From an uncultured Spirochaetota bacterium (GTDB taxonomy: Bacteria > Spirochaetota > Spirochaetia > SZUA-6 > CAVTHK01): DNA of 64,000 bases. Location: assembly GCA_963734495.1 (NCBI GenBank), contig CAVTHK010000002.1, positions 195,346 through 259,345 on the forward strand, written 5' to 3'. Both the position numbers and the translations under genes were made by a program. Of this stretch, positions 1-13,011 are shown piece after piece; positions within the stretch are counted from its first letter, which is position 1, and each line of letters starts with the position of its first letter. The notes under the pieces are model-generated. The model saw nothing but the letters and a program-made list of their open reading frames with translations. It was not told the DNA's origin and ran no database searches.

Positions 1-113
1 CAGTCTGAGAGGGTTTGGGGTATATAGGGCGTCCGTGCCCGGAGCCGGCTTGGGCTGGGGCGCGGGGCTGGGTTTAGCGGCGAGAGGCTGCGGGATCCGG
101 CGGTGGATGGAGA

Positions 114-124
114 GATCTTTGACA
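114..124 (+). promoter_or_regulatory. rrn leader boxA-like antitermination element
   Basis: GATCTTTGACA resembles boxA; the same core (TCTTTGACAGG) recurs at 2125-2135 before the 23S gene. Confidence 0.6.
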
Positions 125-252
125 GGTAAGAGGGAAGGGGAGTAGTGGGGAGAGGGGAGATCCACGGAAGGGTGGATTTCTCGAGATGCCCGTTGGTTCT
201 TTTGGGATCGATCGCTGTGGGTATGATGCTGTCCCTTCGGGGACAGCAATTA

Positions 253-1808
<1,556 letters not shown>

Positions 1809-1985
1809 TAGAGAAAGCTTTTCGTAGAACCGGTAAAACGGACATCCGGTGTCCGCTTCTTCCGTCCTCCCCCTGGAGCGCCCCAAAGGCTCTCCACCCC
1901 ATTACTCCCCTCCCTCTTTCTTGAAGTCTCCGCGGAGCTGAGGCGTGCGCGCTCGATGCAGGTTGCTCCGCGGGGTGTTGCGCCG

Positions 1986-2059
<74 letters not shown>

Positions 2060-2122
2060 GCAGGGCCGGCGGTGATGGCCGGCGGCGCCGGGACAAAAGG
2101 GTCCTGCGCGCTCGTGGGCGTG

Positions 2123-2135
2123 GTTCTTTGACAGG
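2123..2135 (+). promoter_or_regulatory. spacer boxA-like element
   Basis: GTTCTTTGACAGG, matching the leader copy, upstream of 23S. Confidence 0.6.
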
Positions 2136-2207
2136 TTCGAGGCTGGGTTGGGGGTGCTTGAGGGCACGATTGGCTCAGCCGTAAGGGAAGGGGACAGGAG
2201 TTAATAT

Positions 2208-5196
<2,989 letters not shown>

Positions 5197-5394
5197 ATAT
5201 TATCTTGTGTCCTTTCCCCCCCTGCGATGCAGGGGCCCCCGTGGGCTTTGCCATTCCCGACCTTCGGTCGGGACCAGGGCGCCCTGGCGCCCACGGGGCC
5301 CTACATCCTGTAGGGCTGTCCGACATAGGCGAGGCTCGCGCCTCGCCGCACAAGCCTGCCCGCCCGCGGGGCAGGGGCAAGACAGACACTCAAT

Positions 5395-5511
<117 letters not shown>

Positions 5512-5540
5512 TTTTTTTTATCCGCGCCGACGCGTGCCGC

Positions 5541-5562
5541 CGCCGCTTCCGCGGGGGCGGCG
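5541..5562. terminator. hairpin between the convergent rrf and GRE genes
   Basis: CGCCGCTTCC/GGGGGCGGCG stem next to the GRE stop codon; no adjacent U-tract. Confidence 0.3.
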
Positions 5563-5563
5563 C

Positions 5564-7966
5564 CTACGCCAGCCCGTGCTCGACGCGGCTGATGTGTATG
5601 AGTTGCTGCTCCTCGCCGAGCATGACGAAGTAAGCCGACCAGCCGCCCATGCGGACGCGCAGGTGGCGGTACTTCTCGGGCTCTTTCATGGCGCGCCTCA
5701 GCTCCTCGACATCGGTGACCGTGGCGGTGAGCATGTTGCCGCCGAGGTCGACGAACGCGCGGATCAGGGCCGCCAGGCGGCGGGTGCCCTGCTCGCCGCG
5801 CATCCCGCTCGCGGAAAAGCGCAGGTCGATCGGCGCGCCGCCTGCGAGCTCGTCCACGCTCATCTTGAGGTAGGAGTTGATCGCGGCGGTCGGCCCGGAC
5901 ACGTCGGCGCCGGCGGCGGGGGACAGGTTGGCGGCGATCGCCTCGCCGGCATGCCGCCCGTCCGCGCTCGCCGCGAGCTCCTTTCCGATCATCGCGTACC
6001 AGGAGAAGGTGCCGATCGAGCACGGGAAGATCACACCCGGGTGGCGCGAGGCGTGGGCGCGGGTGCGGTCGACGTACCAGCGCATCATCTCACGGCCGAT
6101 CTCGTCCGCGGAATCGTCGTCGTTGGCGAAGCGCGGAGCGCGCGCGGCGAATCGGCGGCGCAGGTTCTCGAATCCCTGCCAGTCGGCATCGAGGGCCTCG
6201 AGGAGCTCGCCCATGGTCACCGCGCCCTGCTCGAAGACGAGCGTGCGGATCGCCGAGGCCGCGTCGACGGCGTTGGCCAGCGCCTCGCCCATCACGTGCC
6301 AGATGCGGTAGCGGGCGCCGCCGCGGATGATGTCCCGCTCGCGCGCGAGGCAGTCCAGGGTGAGGGCCGACAGCAGGGGGTTGTAGCGGAAACGCCCGTG
6401 GCTGCTGTGCTCGAGCGAGCCGCTCTCGATGCCGGACCCGATGTGGTCGATCCCGCGCTGCAAGTGCGTGTCCGCCTGCTGCTTCCAGGCTTCCATGAGC
6501 TGGTCAAAGGACTTCCACTCGCGCGGGTCGCCGGTGTCGAGCCCCATCTGCCCGTGGACGCGCGAGCGGCCCCTGTGCAGGGCGAGCTCGAGGAACAGCA
6601 GGAAGTTCATCCCCCGGATCAGCTCCTGGTCGCTGCGCCCCTCGATCATCGTCTCCCAGCAGTTGGAATTGGCGTAGTCGCGGGCGTCCTCGATCGGAAC
6701 CCCGAGGGCGGCATAGGCGGGCGCGAGGACGTCGTCGTTGTTGATAAAGGGCATCCCCCCGCCGCCTTTGAGCACCTCCGCAGCCCGGTCCACGAGCTCG
6801 TGCGGCGAGCCCTTGTGCAACCGCAGCGTCACGACCGGCTGCGTCACCGCGAGCTTCTCCATGGCGTTCAGGCAGAGCCACGTGAGCTCGTTGGTCCCGT
6901 CGCTTCCGTCGGGCCTGATGCCGGCGAGCAGGAGGTTCTGCCCGAAGTGGTTGATCGCATCGGCGGCGTCGGTCGCCTTGCCCGGCCGCTTGCGGTGCCC
7001 GGCCGCTTCGCTCTCGTCGGCGGTATCGACGATCATGACGGCGTCGGGGGGGCGCCCGGCCGCATCCGCGCCGGCGGCTTTCGTGTAGAAGTTCTCGCGC
7101 ACGATCTGCGAGCGGTCGTTGAACCGCAGCCACAGACAGTCGATCAGCTCCTGCGCGGCTTCCAGCGTGATCGCGCCCGACTCGAGGTCGCGCCGCAGGC
7201 TGGGGTGGAGGTACTGGTCGAGGCGTCCGCAGGAGATCTTGGTGCCCGATACATGGAACGCGTGGTTCAGGAACCAGAAGGACTGCACCGCTTCGTGGAA
7301 GGATCCCGCCGGGTGCTCGGGCACGCGCCGGCACGCGGCAGCGATCCGCGCGAGCTCCGCGCGCCGCGGCCCGGAGGCGCCGGTGGCAAGCGCTTCGGCG
7401 AGCGCGGCGTAGCGGCGGGCAAAGCCGATGACGGCGCGGCACTCGATGCCGCAGGCTTCGAGGAACGCGAGCGTCTCGCCGCGTTCGGCGTCAGGCGGCC
7501 GGCGGCGGACTTCTTCAATTTTCTCCTCGATCTCCTCTATGACGCCGCCGAGCCCCTTGTCCATGAGGTCGTAGTAGTAGGGCGTCTTGTGCGAGAGGTG
7601 GTCCGTGATGGGAGCGCCGAGCCTGCGCGCCTCCGCGTGCTCGGCGGCGGTGGCGAAGTCCGGAAGCCCCGTGCGCAGCACCACCCCGTCGCGCAGGACC
7701 ATGCCGACGACGAGGTCGTCGGCCTCGATCGCGATCGGGATCTCGCGCAGCAGCTTCTCGAGGGCCCGCGCGTGGCGCACCGCGAGCGGCGAGGCGGCGA
7801 CCTCGGGGTCGTCGAGGACGGTGAGCTGCCTTCCCCACGTCACTTGAGGCCGAGTCATGCGGTCGCGCAGAACGGCGTAGAGCCGTTCCACGCGATCGGT
7901 GTGAGCCACGGCTGCGAGCGCGGCCGGCGCGAAGAGCGTTGTCCGTCCAGGTGATGCGACTGCCAC
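5564..7966 (-). CDS. glycyl radical enzyme (PFL2/glycerol dehydratase-like superfamily), ~800 aa, substrate unknown
   Basis: GRLDQYL, NELTWLCL, RFANDDD, Cys loop YANSNCWE, C-terminal Gly-radical domain PEKYRHLRVRMGGWSAYF; GTG start at 7966 with AGGAGG RBS. Confidence 0.92.
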   Translation of the reverse strand: MAVASPGRTTLFAPAALAAVAHTDRVERLYAVLRDRMTRPQVTWGRQLTVLDDPEVAASPLAVRHARALEKLLREIPIAIEADDLVVGMVLRDGVVLRTGLPDFATAAEHAEARRLGAPITDHLSHKTPYYYDLMDKGLGGVIEEIEEKIEEVRRRPPDAERGETLAFLEACGIECRAVIGFARRYAALAEALATGASGPRRAELARIAAACRRVPEHPAGSFHEAVQSFWFLNHAFHVSGTKISCGRLDQYLHPSLRRDLESGAITLEAAQELIDCLWLRFNDRSQIVRENFYTKAAGADAAGRPPDAVMIVDTADESEAAGHRKRPGKATDAADAINHFGQNLLLAGIRPDGSDGTNELTWLCLNAMEKLAVTQPVVTLRLHKGSPHELVDRAAEVLKGGGGMPFINNDDVLAPAYAALGVPIEDARDYANSNCWETMIEGRSDQELIRGMNFLLFLELALHRGRSRVHGQMGLDTGDPREWKSFDQLMEAWKQQADTHLQRGIDHIGSGIESGSLEHSSHGRFRYNPLLSALTLDCLARERDIIRGGARYRIWHVMGEALANAVDAASAIRTLVFEQGAVTMGELLEALDADWQGFENLRRRFAARAPRFANDDDSADEIGREMMRWYVDRTRAHASRHPGVIFPCSIGTFSWYAMIGKELAASADGRHAGEAIAANLSPAAGADVSGPTAAINSYLKMSVDELAGGAPIDLRFSASGMRGEQGTRRLAALIRAFVDLGGNMLTATVTDVEELRRAMKEPEKYRHLRVRMGGWSAYFVMLGEEQQLIHISRVEHGLA

Positions 7967-7980
7967 GGCGATCCCCTCCT

Positions 7981-8937
7981 CTATCCCCCGATGTGAATCT
8001 CGAGGCCGCTCGCGCGGCCGACGGCTGCGAGGCGATCCATGGTCCCGCCGCTCTGGGCCTGCGTCCCCTCGAGGGGGTAGCGGCGGCCGATCCAGCGATA
8101 CTTGGCGGCGGCGGCGGCGTTGTAGGGCAGGAGCGTGAGCTCCCTGAATCCGAGGCCCGCGACAAAGGCCGCCACGCGCGCGATGTGGGGCTCGTCGTCG
8201 TTGACGCCGGCGATGCACGGCACGCGCACATGCACCGCCGGGTGGGAGGCCGCGAGCCGCTCGAGGTTGGCGAGGATCGTGTCGTTCGGAGCCCCGGTGA
8301 GGCGCGCGTGCGCTTCGGAGTCCATGTGCTTGACGTCGTAGAGGACGAGGTCCGCGGCGCTCGCGACCGCGGCGAGGGTCTCCCAGGGGGCATAGCCGCA
8401 GGTCTCGAGCGCGGTGTCGATGCCGTCCCCGCGGCACGCCCGGAGCAGCTCGCACGCGAACTCCGGCTGCTGCGTCGGCTCACCGCCGCTCAGCGTCATG
8501 CCGCCGCCGCTGGCGCGGAAATAGGCGAGGTCGCGGGCGATCGAGCGCGCGAGCTCGGCGGCGCTCACGGAGCGGCCCGCCATCCGCAGCGCGCCCGGGT
8601 AGCAGACCGCGGCGCAGCGGCCGCACGCGGTGCACGCGGAGCGGTCGATGGCCGCGCGGCCGCCGGGGCCCGCCTCGTCCGCGAACAACGCGCCTTCGGG
8701 GCACTCGCCGAAGCAGAGGCCGCACGCGGTGCAGCGTTCGGGCTGGTAGATCAGCTGGGGCTTCGCGGCCTGGGACTCGGGGCTGTGGCACCACCGGCAG
8801 GCGAGCGGGCACCCCTTGAGAAAGACCACGGTCCGGATGCCGGGTCCATCGTGCGAGGCAAAACGGTCCACGTCCAGGACCAGGCCCCTGACCGCACGGG
8901 GGTCGCCTTCGCTTGGTTCCGCTTCAGGTTCGCTCAC
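7981..8937 (-). CDS. glycyl-radical enzyme activating enzyme (radical SAM with 2x[4Fe-4S] ferredoxin insert)
   Basis: HDGPGIRTVVFLKGCPLACRWCHSPE (CX3CX2C), CTACGLCFGEC and CTACGRCAAVC, SGGEP. Confidence 0.95.
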   Translation of the reverse strand: MSEPEAEPSEGDPRAVRGLVLDVDRFASHDGPGIRTVVFLKGCPLACRWCHSPESQAAKPQLIYQPERCTACGLCFGECPEGALFADEAGPGGRAAIDRSACTACGRCAAVCYPGALRMAGRSVSAAELARSIARDLAYFRASGGGMTLSGGEPTQQPEFACELLRACRGDGIDTALETCGYAPWETLAAVASAADLVLYDVKHMDSEAHARLTGAPNDTILANLERLAASHPAVHVRVPCIAGVNDDEPHIARVAAFVAGLGFRELTLLPYNAAAAAKYRWIGRRYPLEGTQAQSGGTMDRLAAVGRASGLEIHIGG

Positions 8938-8946
8938 TGATCCTCG

Positions 8947-8976
8947 ATCGTAGCGCGACGGGCGGCGGGGTGTAAA
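8947..8976 (-). promoter_or_regulatory. sigma70-like promoter for activase-GRE
   Basis: TTTACA-N18-TACGAT on the minus strand, 9 nt before the GTG. Confidence 0.45.
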
Positions 8977-8979
8977 GCG

Positions 8980-10023
8980 CTATGCGCGACCCTGCACGCC
9001 GCGGACCATCGCCTTGATCGTGCCGACTGCGAACGCTTCGGCTGCGCGCGCGCCGCCGACCATGCGCGGGAGGTGATCGGACATGACGGCTCCGTCGTAG
9101 TCGACGCCGTGCAGCGCCTCCATCACGCGATGCATGTCCATGTACCCGTCGTCCAGGAACGTCTCCGTGAAGCCTTCGGGCATCGGCGCCGTGACGTTGC
9201 GAAAGTGCACCTTGAAGAGCTTCCGCCGCTTCCCGAAGTACCGGATCGCCTCGACGACGTCCTTGCCCATCGCGGTTCCGCCTTCGAGCCAGCATCCGGT
9301 GCAGAGGCAGACGCCGACGTTCGGGCTGTCCGCGATCTCGATCGCCCTCTTGTAGCCGGCGAACGTGCCGAAGAGGCAGCGGGGCACGCCCCCGAGCGGA
9401 TAGACCGGCGGATCGTCGGGATGGATGCCGATGAACACCCCCGACTCCTCGGCCACCGGGACGACCTTGCGGATGAACCAGGAAAAGTTGTCCCAGAGCT
9501 CTTCCTCGCTGTAGCGCCGGCCGTGCGAAAGCGGCTCGCGCCACTCCTGCCCGACCCATCGCCCGACCGTCGGGCGATCGATGTGGAAGGCGCGCGCCAC
9601 CGCTCCGCCGCGGATCGGCTCGGGCTCGCCGCTCCAGATGCCGTTCCCCATGTGAGCGTACGTGGAGTAGCGGATGCCCGCCTCGCCCAGGGCGCGGATG
9701 TAGGCCAGATACTCCTCGATCTTCGCGTCGCGGCCCTCGAGGGCGAGCGTCACCTCGGGCATGTTGTGGCATCGGAGGTTCCCGAGGCGATAGACCTTGA
9801 GCCCGTGCCGCTCGACGCGCTCGCGGAACGACGCGTAGCTCTCGGCCGGGCGGCCGTGCTGGTCGTGGGCCATCTCCGTCATGACCCACTCGACGCCGAG
9901 CTGCTGCACGAACCGGATGTCCTCCTCCGACGCGTCCCAGGCCAGCTTGGTGCCGACCTGGATGCCCGGCCGGCCGGCGACGTAGCCGGGCACGGCCTTG
10001 AGCGGGTAGCCTTTTGCTTCCAT
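8980..10023 (-). CDS. mannonate dehydratase (UxuA)-family TIM-barrel protein
   Basis: EEELWDNFSWFIRKVVPVAEESGV, IHPDDPP, VHFRNV, ETFLDDGYMDM, SDHLP. Confidence 0.85.
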   Translation of the reverse strand: MEAKGYPLKAVPGYVAGRPGIQVGTKLAWDASEEDIRFVQQLGVEWVMTEMAHDQHGRPAESYASFRERVERHGLKVYRLGNLRCHNMPEVTLALEGRDAKIEEYLAYIRALGEAGIRYSTYAHMGNGIWSGEPEPIRGGAVARAFHIDRPTVGRWVGQEWREPLSHGRRYSEEELWDNFSWFIRKVVPVAEESGVFIGIHPDDPPVYPLGGVPRCLFGTFAGYKRAIEIADSPNVGVCLCTGCWLEGGTAMGKDVVEAIRYFGKRRKLFKVHFRNVTAPMPEGFTETFLDDGYMDMHRVMEALHGVDYDGAVMSDHLPRMVGGARAAEAFAVGTIKAMVRGVQGRA

Positions 10024-10103
10024 GGGGATCCTTTCGCGCGTCGAGTATGGTCCGGCGGTCGCCGCCCGCGCAAGCCGGGCCTCTTTGGGATTAAGCTGAA
10101 GGT

Positions 10104-11042
10104 ATGCATCCGCTCTGGGGCCCCTACGGCCGCGCGGCCGCCGCGCTGGCCGCGCGCGTCGCGGAAAGCGGCGCCAACGCGATCTGGTTCCACGGCTTCG
10201 ACCCGGAGGCGTTCGAGTCCTGCGCGCGCGCCGGCCTTGAGCCCTGCGTCGAGCTCAAGACGTTCCGCGCCGACTTCGCCGCGAGGCCCGACCTCGCGCC
10301 GATCGGCGTCGACGGGAAGCCGATCCGGTACGGCCGGCTCGTGCAAGGCGTGTGCCTGAGCCGGCGCGATTTCGTCGACGCGATCGGGGAGAGTCTCGAG
10401 GCGGGGCTCGACGCGTTCGCTCCGGCGGGCGTGTGGCTCGACTACCTGAGCTACGCCGGGTGGTTCGAGACGCCGGAGCCGGACCTGCAGGAGAGCTGCT
10501 TCTGCCGCGACTGCATCGCCGAGTTCTGTGAGGCCACCGGTATCGACGCAGGCACGCCTGCCGGGATCCTGGCGCACCACGCGCAGGCCTGGACCGACCA
10601 CAAGTGCCGGCGCATAGCGGCCTTCGCGCGCCGGTATGCGGCCATCATCCGGGCGAAGCGGCCGGGCTGCGTCGTCGGCGCCTACATGTGTCCCTGGACG
10701 CCGGCGGAGCACGACGGCGCGCTGCGCCGGATCTTCGCGCAGGACTACTCCCTGCTCGCCGGCGCGATCGACGTCTTTACGCCCCTGATCTACGCGCAGA
10801 AGAGCGGCCGCCCGCCGTCGTGGGCCGCGGAGCTCCTCGCGGGCTCGCGCGCCTTTGTTCCGCCGGGCGCCCGCGTGCAGCTCATCCTCGACGCGCTGGA
10901 CTTTCCCGCGTCCATGGAGGCGGCGGCCGCATCGCCCGCCCGGTCGTACGGGCTGCAGATGTTCGGCGGCGCGTCCCTGTTCGAGGATCAAGACAGGCTC
11001 GCGGTCTGGACGCGACTCGTCACGCGCATGCGCGGCCGCTGA
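10104..11042 (+). CDS. hypothetical protein, probable glycoside-hydrolase-like TIM barrel with a Cys cluster
   Basis: GVWLDYLSY, ESCFCRDC, FAQDYSLL, DVFTPLIY resemble GH-like barrel proteins; typical codon usage. Confidence 0.55.
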   Translation: MHPLWGPYGRAAAALAARVAESGANAIWFHGFDPEAFESCARAGLEPCVELKTFRADFAARPDLAPIGVDGKPIRYGRLVQGVCLSRRDFVDAIGESLEAGLDAFAPAGVWLDYLSYAGWFETPEPDLQESCFCRDCIAEFCEATGIDAGTPAGILAHHAQAWTDHKCRRIAAFARRYAAIIRAKRPGCVVGAYMCPWTPAEHDGALRRIFAQDYSLLAGAIDVFTPLIYAQKSGRPPSWAAELLAGSRAFVPPGARVQLILDALDFPASMEAAAASPARSYGLQMFGGASLFEDQDRLAVWTRLVTRMRGR

Positions 11043-11918
11043 TTACGGCTTCGGCTCCTTGCGCGCGACCCACGCCGTGGGGTTCTTCCATTCGTTCGCC
11101 TTCCACGGCATGTTCTTCGGCGTCACGAGCGGCAGGATTTCGCGGTAGAGCGCAAGGCGCTCCTCGCCGGTCATCGGCTGGAAGCTCTCGGCCACGGCCA
11201 GGTCCGCCTCCAGCTCCTCCATCTGGGAGCAGCCCACGATGACCGTGCTCACGGGGAGCGCGAGGGTGTATCGCAGGGCCCGATCGGCGACACGAACGAG
11301 CGCGCCGAGGGCGAAGACCTTCATGCCGATCGTGGCCACGCCGCGCGCGTTGGCGAACGGGAGGAGCTCCTCGGCGAAGCTGTAGACGAAGTGGTCGAGC
11401 GCCGACAGCGCGACGAGCACGCTGTCGAAGGGGAAGCGGCGCAGGGCCTCGATCTGGATCTGCGGGTCCGTGTGGCCGCTGATGCTGATGTGCCGGACCA
11501 AGCCTTCATCTTTTGCCTTGACCATGGCCTCGAGGACGCCGCCTTTCGCGAACCCGCTGTCCAGGTCCGGGAAGCTCTTGACGTTGTGCATCCGCCACTC
11601 GTCGACGTGGTCCGTCTGCAGGCGGCCGAGGCTCTGCTCGAGCTGCCTGCGCGCGCCGTCGCGCGTGCGGTCCGTCGCCTTGGTCGCGATCCACATCTCG
11701 CGGCGCCGCCGCTTCGCCACGAGGCCGACCCGCTGCTCCGACTGGCCCTCGGAGTAGGCCCAGGCCGTGTCGAAGTAGCGGATGCCCCGCTCGAGGGCGC
11801 GCTCCAGGATCGCGACCGCCTGCTCTTCGCCGCACCGGTGGGCGTCGACGATCCGCTGGCATCCGAGGCTCAGGATCGGGAAGCGCTCGCCGGTCCTGCC
11901 GAAGGGACGCGTATCCAT
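11043..11918 (-). CDS. aldo/keto reductase
   Basis: MDTRPFGRTG, GIRYFDTAWAY, IATK, LEQSLGRLQTDHVD; AGGAGG RBS before the ATG at 11918. Confidence 0.9.
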   Translation of the reverse strand: MDTRPFGRTGERFPILSLGCQRIVDAHRCGEEQAVAILERALERGIRYFDTAWAYSEGQSEQRVGLVAKRRRREMWIATKATDRTRDGARRQLEQSLGRLQTDHVDEWRMHNVKSFPDLDSGFAKGGVLEAMVKAKDEGLVRHISISGHTDPQIQIEALRRFPFDSVLVALSALDHFVYSFAEELLPFANARGVATIGMKVFALGALVRVADRALRYTLALPVSTVIVGCSQMEELEADLAVAESFQPMTGEERLALYREILPLVTPKNMPWKANEWKNPTAWVARKEPKP

Positions 11919-12012
11919 GGTCGGGCCTCCTTTACGGCCCGGCAGCATAGCCGCGGCCGGGCGGCGTGTCCATGCTCTTGATCCGTGCGCGCAAACGGGT
12001 GATGATCGCGCC

Positions 12013-13011
12013 GTGGCAAAGAGCATAAAGATCGCGATCGTGGGATTCGGGAACGTGGGGCGCGGCGTCCTCGCGGCGCTGGGCAGGAACCCGGACATGA
12101 GCCTCGCCGGGATCATCTCGCGGGATCCGCAGCGGGTGCGGGCGGCGGCGCCCGATGCGCGCGTCTTCGCGCTGGCCGAAGAGAAGGCCTGGCGCGAGAA
12201 GCTCAACGCCGACGTGGCGATCCTCTGCGGGGGCTCCGCCGTCGACCTCCCGATCCAGGGGCCCTTTTTCGCGAGGTTCTTCAACACGGTGGACAGCTTC
12301 GACACCCACCACGACATCCCCGCGTACTTCGCCAGGATGAACAGCGTCGCGCGCAAAGCCGGAAAGACCTCGGTCATCTCGACCGGCTGGGACCCTGGCG
12401 CGTTTTCGCTCGAGCGCGTGCTGGCCGACGCGTTCATCCCGGGGGCGGTCCGCCACACCTTCTGGGGCCGCGGCGTGAGCCAGGGGCACTCTGACGCGGC
12501 CCGTCACGTCGAGGGAGTCAGGGATGCCCGTCAGTACACGATTCCCATCGAGCAGGCGATCGACCGCGTGCGTTCCGGAACCGGCGCGGCCCTCTCGACG
12601 CGCGACAAGCACCGCAGGCTTGTTTACGTGGTGGCCGAAGAGGGAGCCGACCGGGAGCGGATCGCGCGAGACATCAGGACGATGCCGAACTACTACGCGG
12701 ACTACGAGACCGAGGTCGCGTTCGTGAGCGAGGAGCAGATGAAGCGCGACCACTCCGCCTACCCGCACGCGGGCTTCGTCCTGACGGCGGGCACGACGGG
12801 GGCCGGCGAGCCCGGCAACAAGGCTCTGATCGAGTACCGCTGCGAATGGGGGAGCAACCCCGAAGCCACGGGCAGCATCCTGGTGGCCCACGCGCGCGCG
12901 GCCGCGCGACTCGCCCGCGAAGGCCGCCACGGCGCCTTCACGATCCTGGACATCCCCCCGGCGTACCTGAGCCCGCGACCAGCCGCCGAGCTGCGCGCGA
13001 GCTTCCTGTGA
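12013..13011 (+). CDS. ddh: meso-diaminopimelate D-dehydrogenase
   Basis: IAIVGFGNVG, TVDSFDTH, GWDPG, TFWGRGVSQGHSDA, DARQYTIP, HAGFV, NPEATGS; upstream of lysA. Confidence 0.93.
   Translation: MAKSIKIAIVGFGNVGRGVLAALGRNPDMSLAGIISRDPQRVRAAAPDARVFALAEEKAWREKLNADVAILCGGSAVDLPIQGPFFARFFNTVDSFDTHHDIPAYFARMNSVARKAGKTSVISTGWDPGAFSLERVLADAFIPGAVRHTFWGRGVSQGHSDAARHVEGVRDARQYTIPIEQAIDRVRSGTGAALSTRDKHRRLVYVVAEEGADRERIARDIRTMPNYYADYETEVAFVSEEQMKRDHSAYPHAGFVLTAGTTGAGEPGNKALIEYRCEWGSNPEATGSILVAHARAAARLAREGRHGAFTILDIPPAYLSPRPAAELRASFL

Noticed and set aside
5534-7954. 806-aa plus-strand ORF and other long antisense ORFs (e.g. 59026-61668, 48608-50707, 56155-58134)
   Set aside because: Shadow ORFs opposite well-supported genes, as expected from high-GC codon bias; no recognisable motifs.
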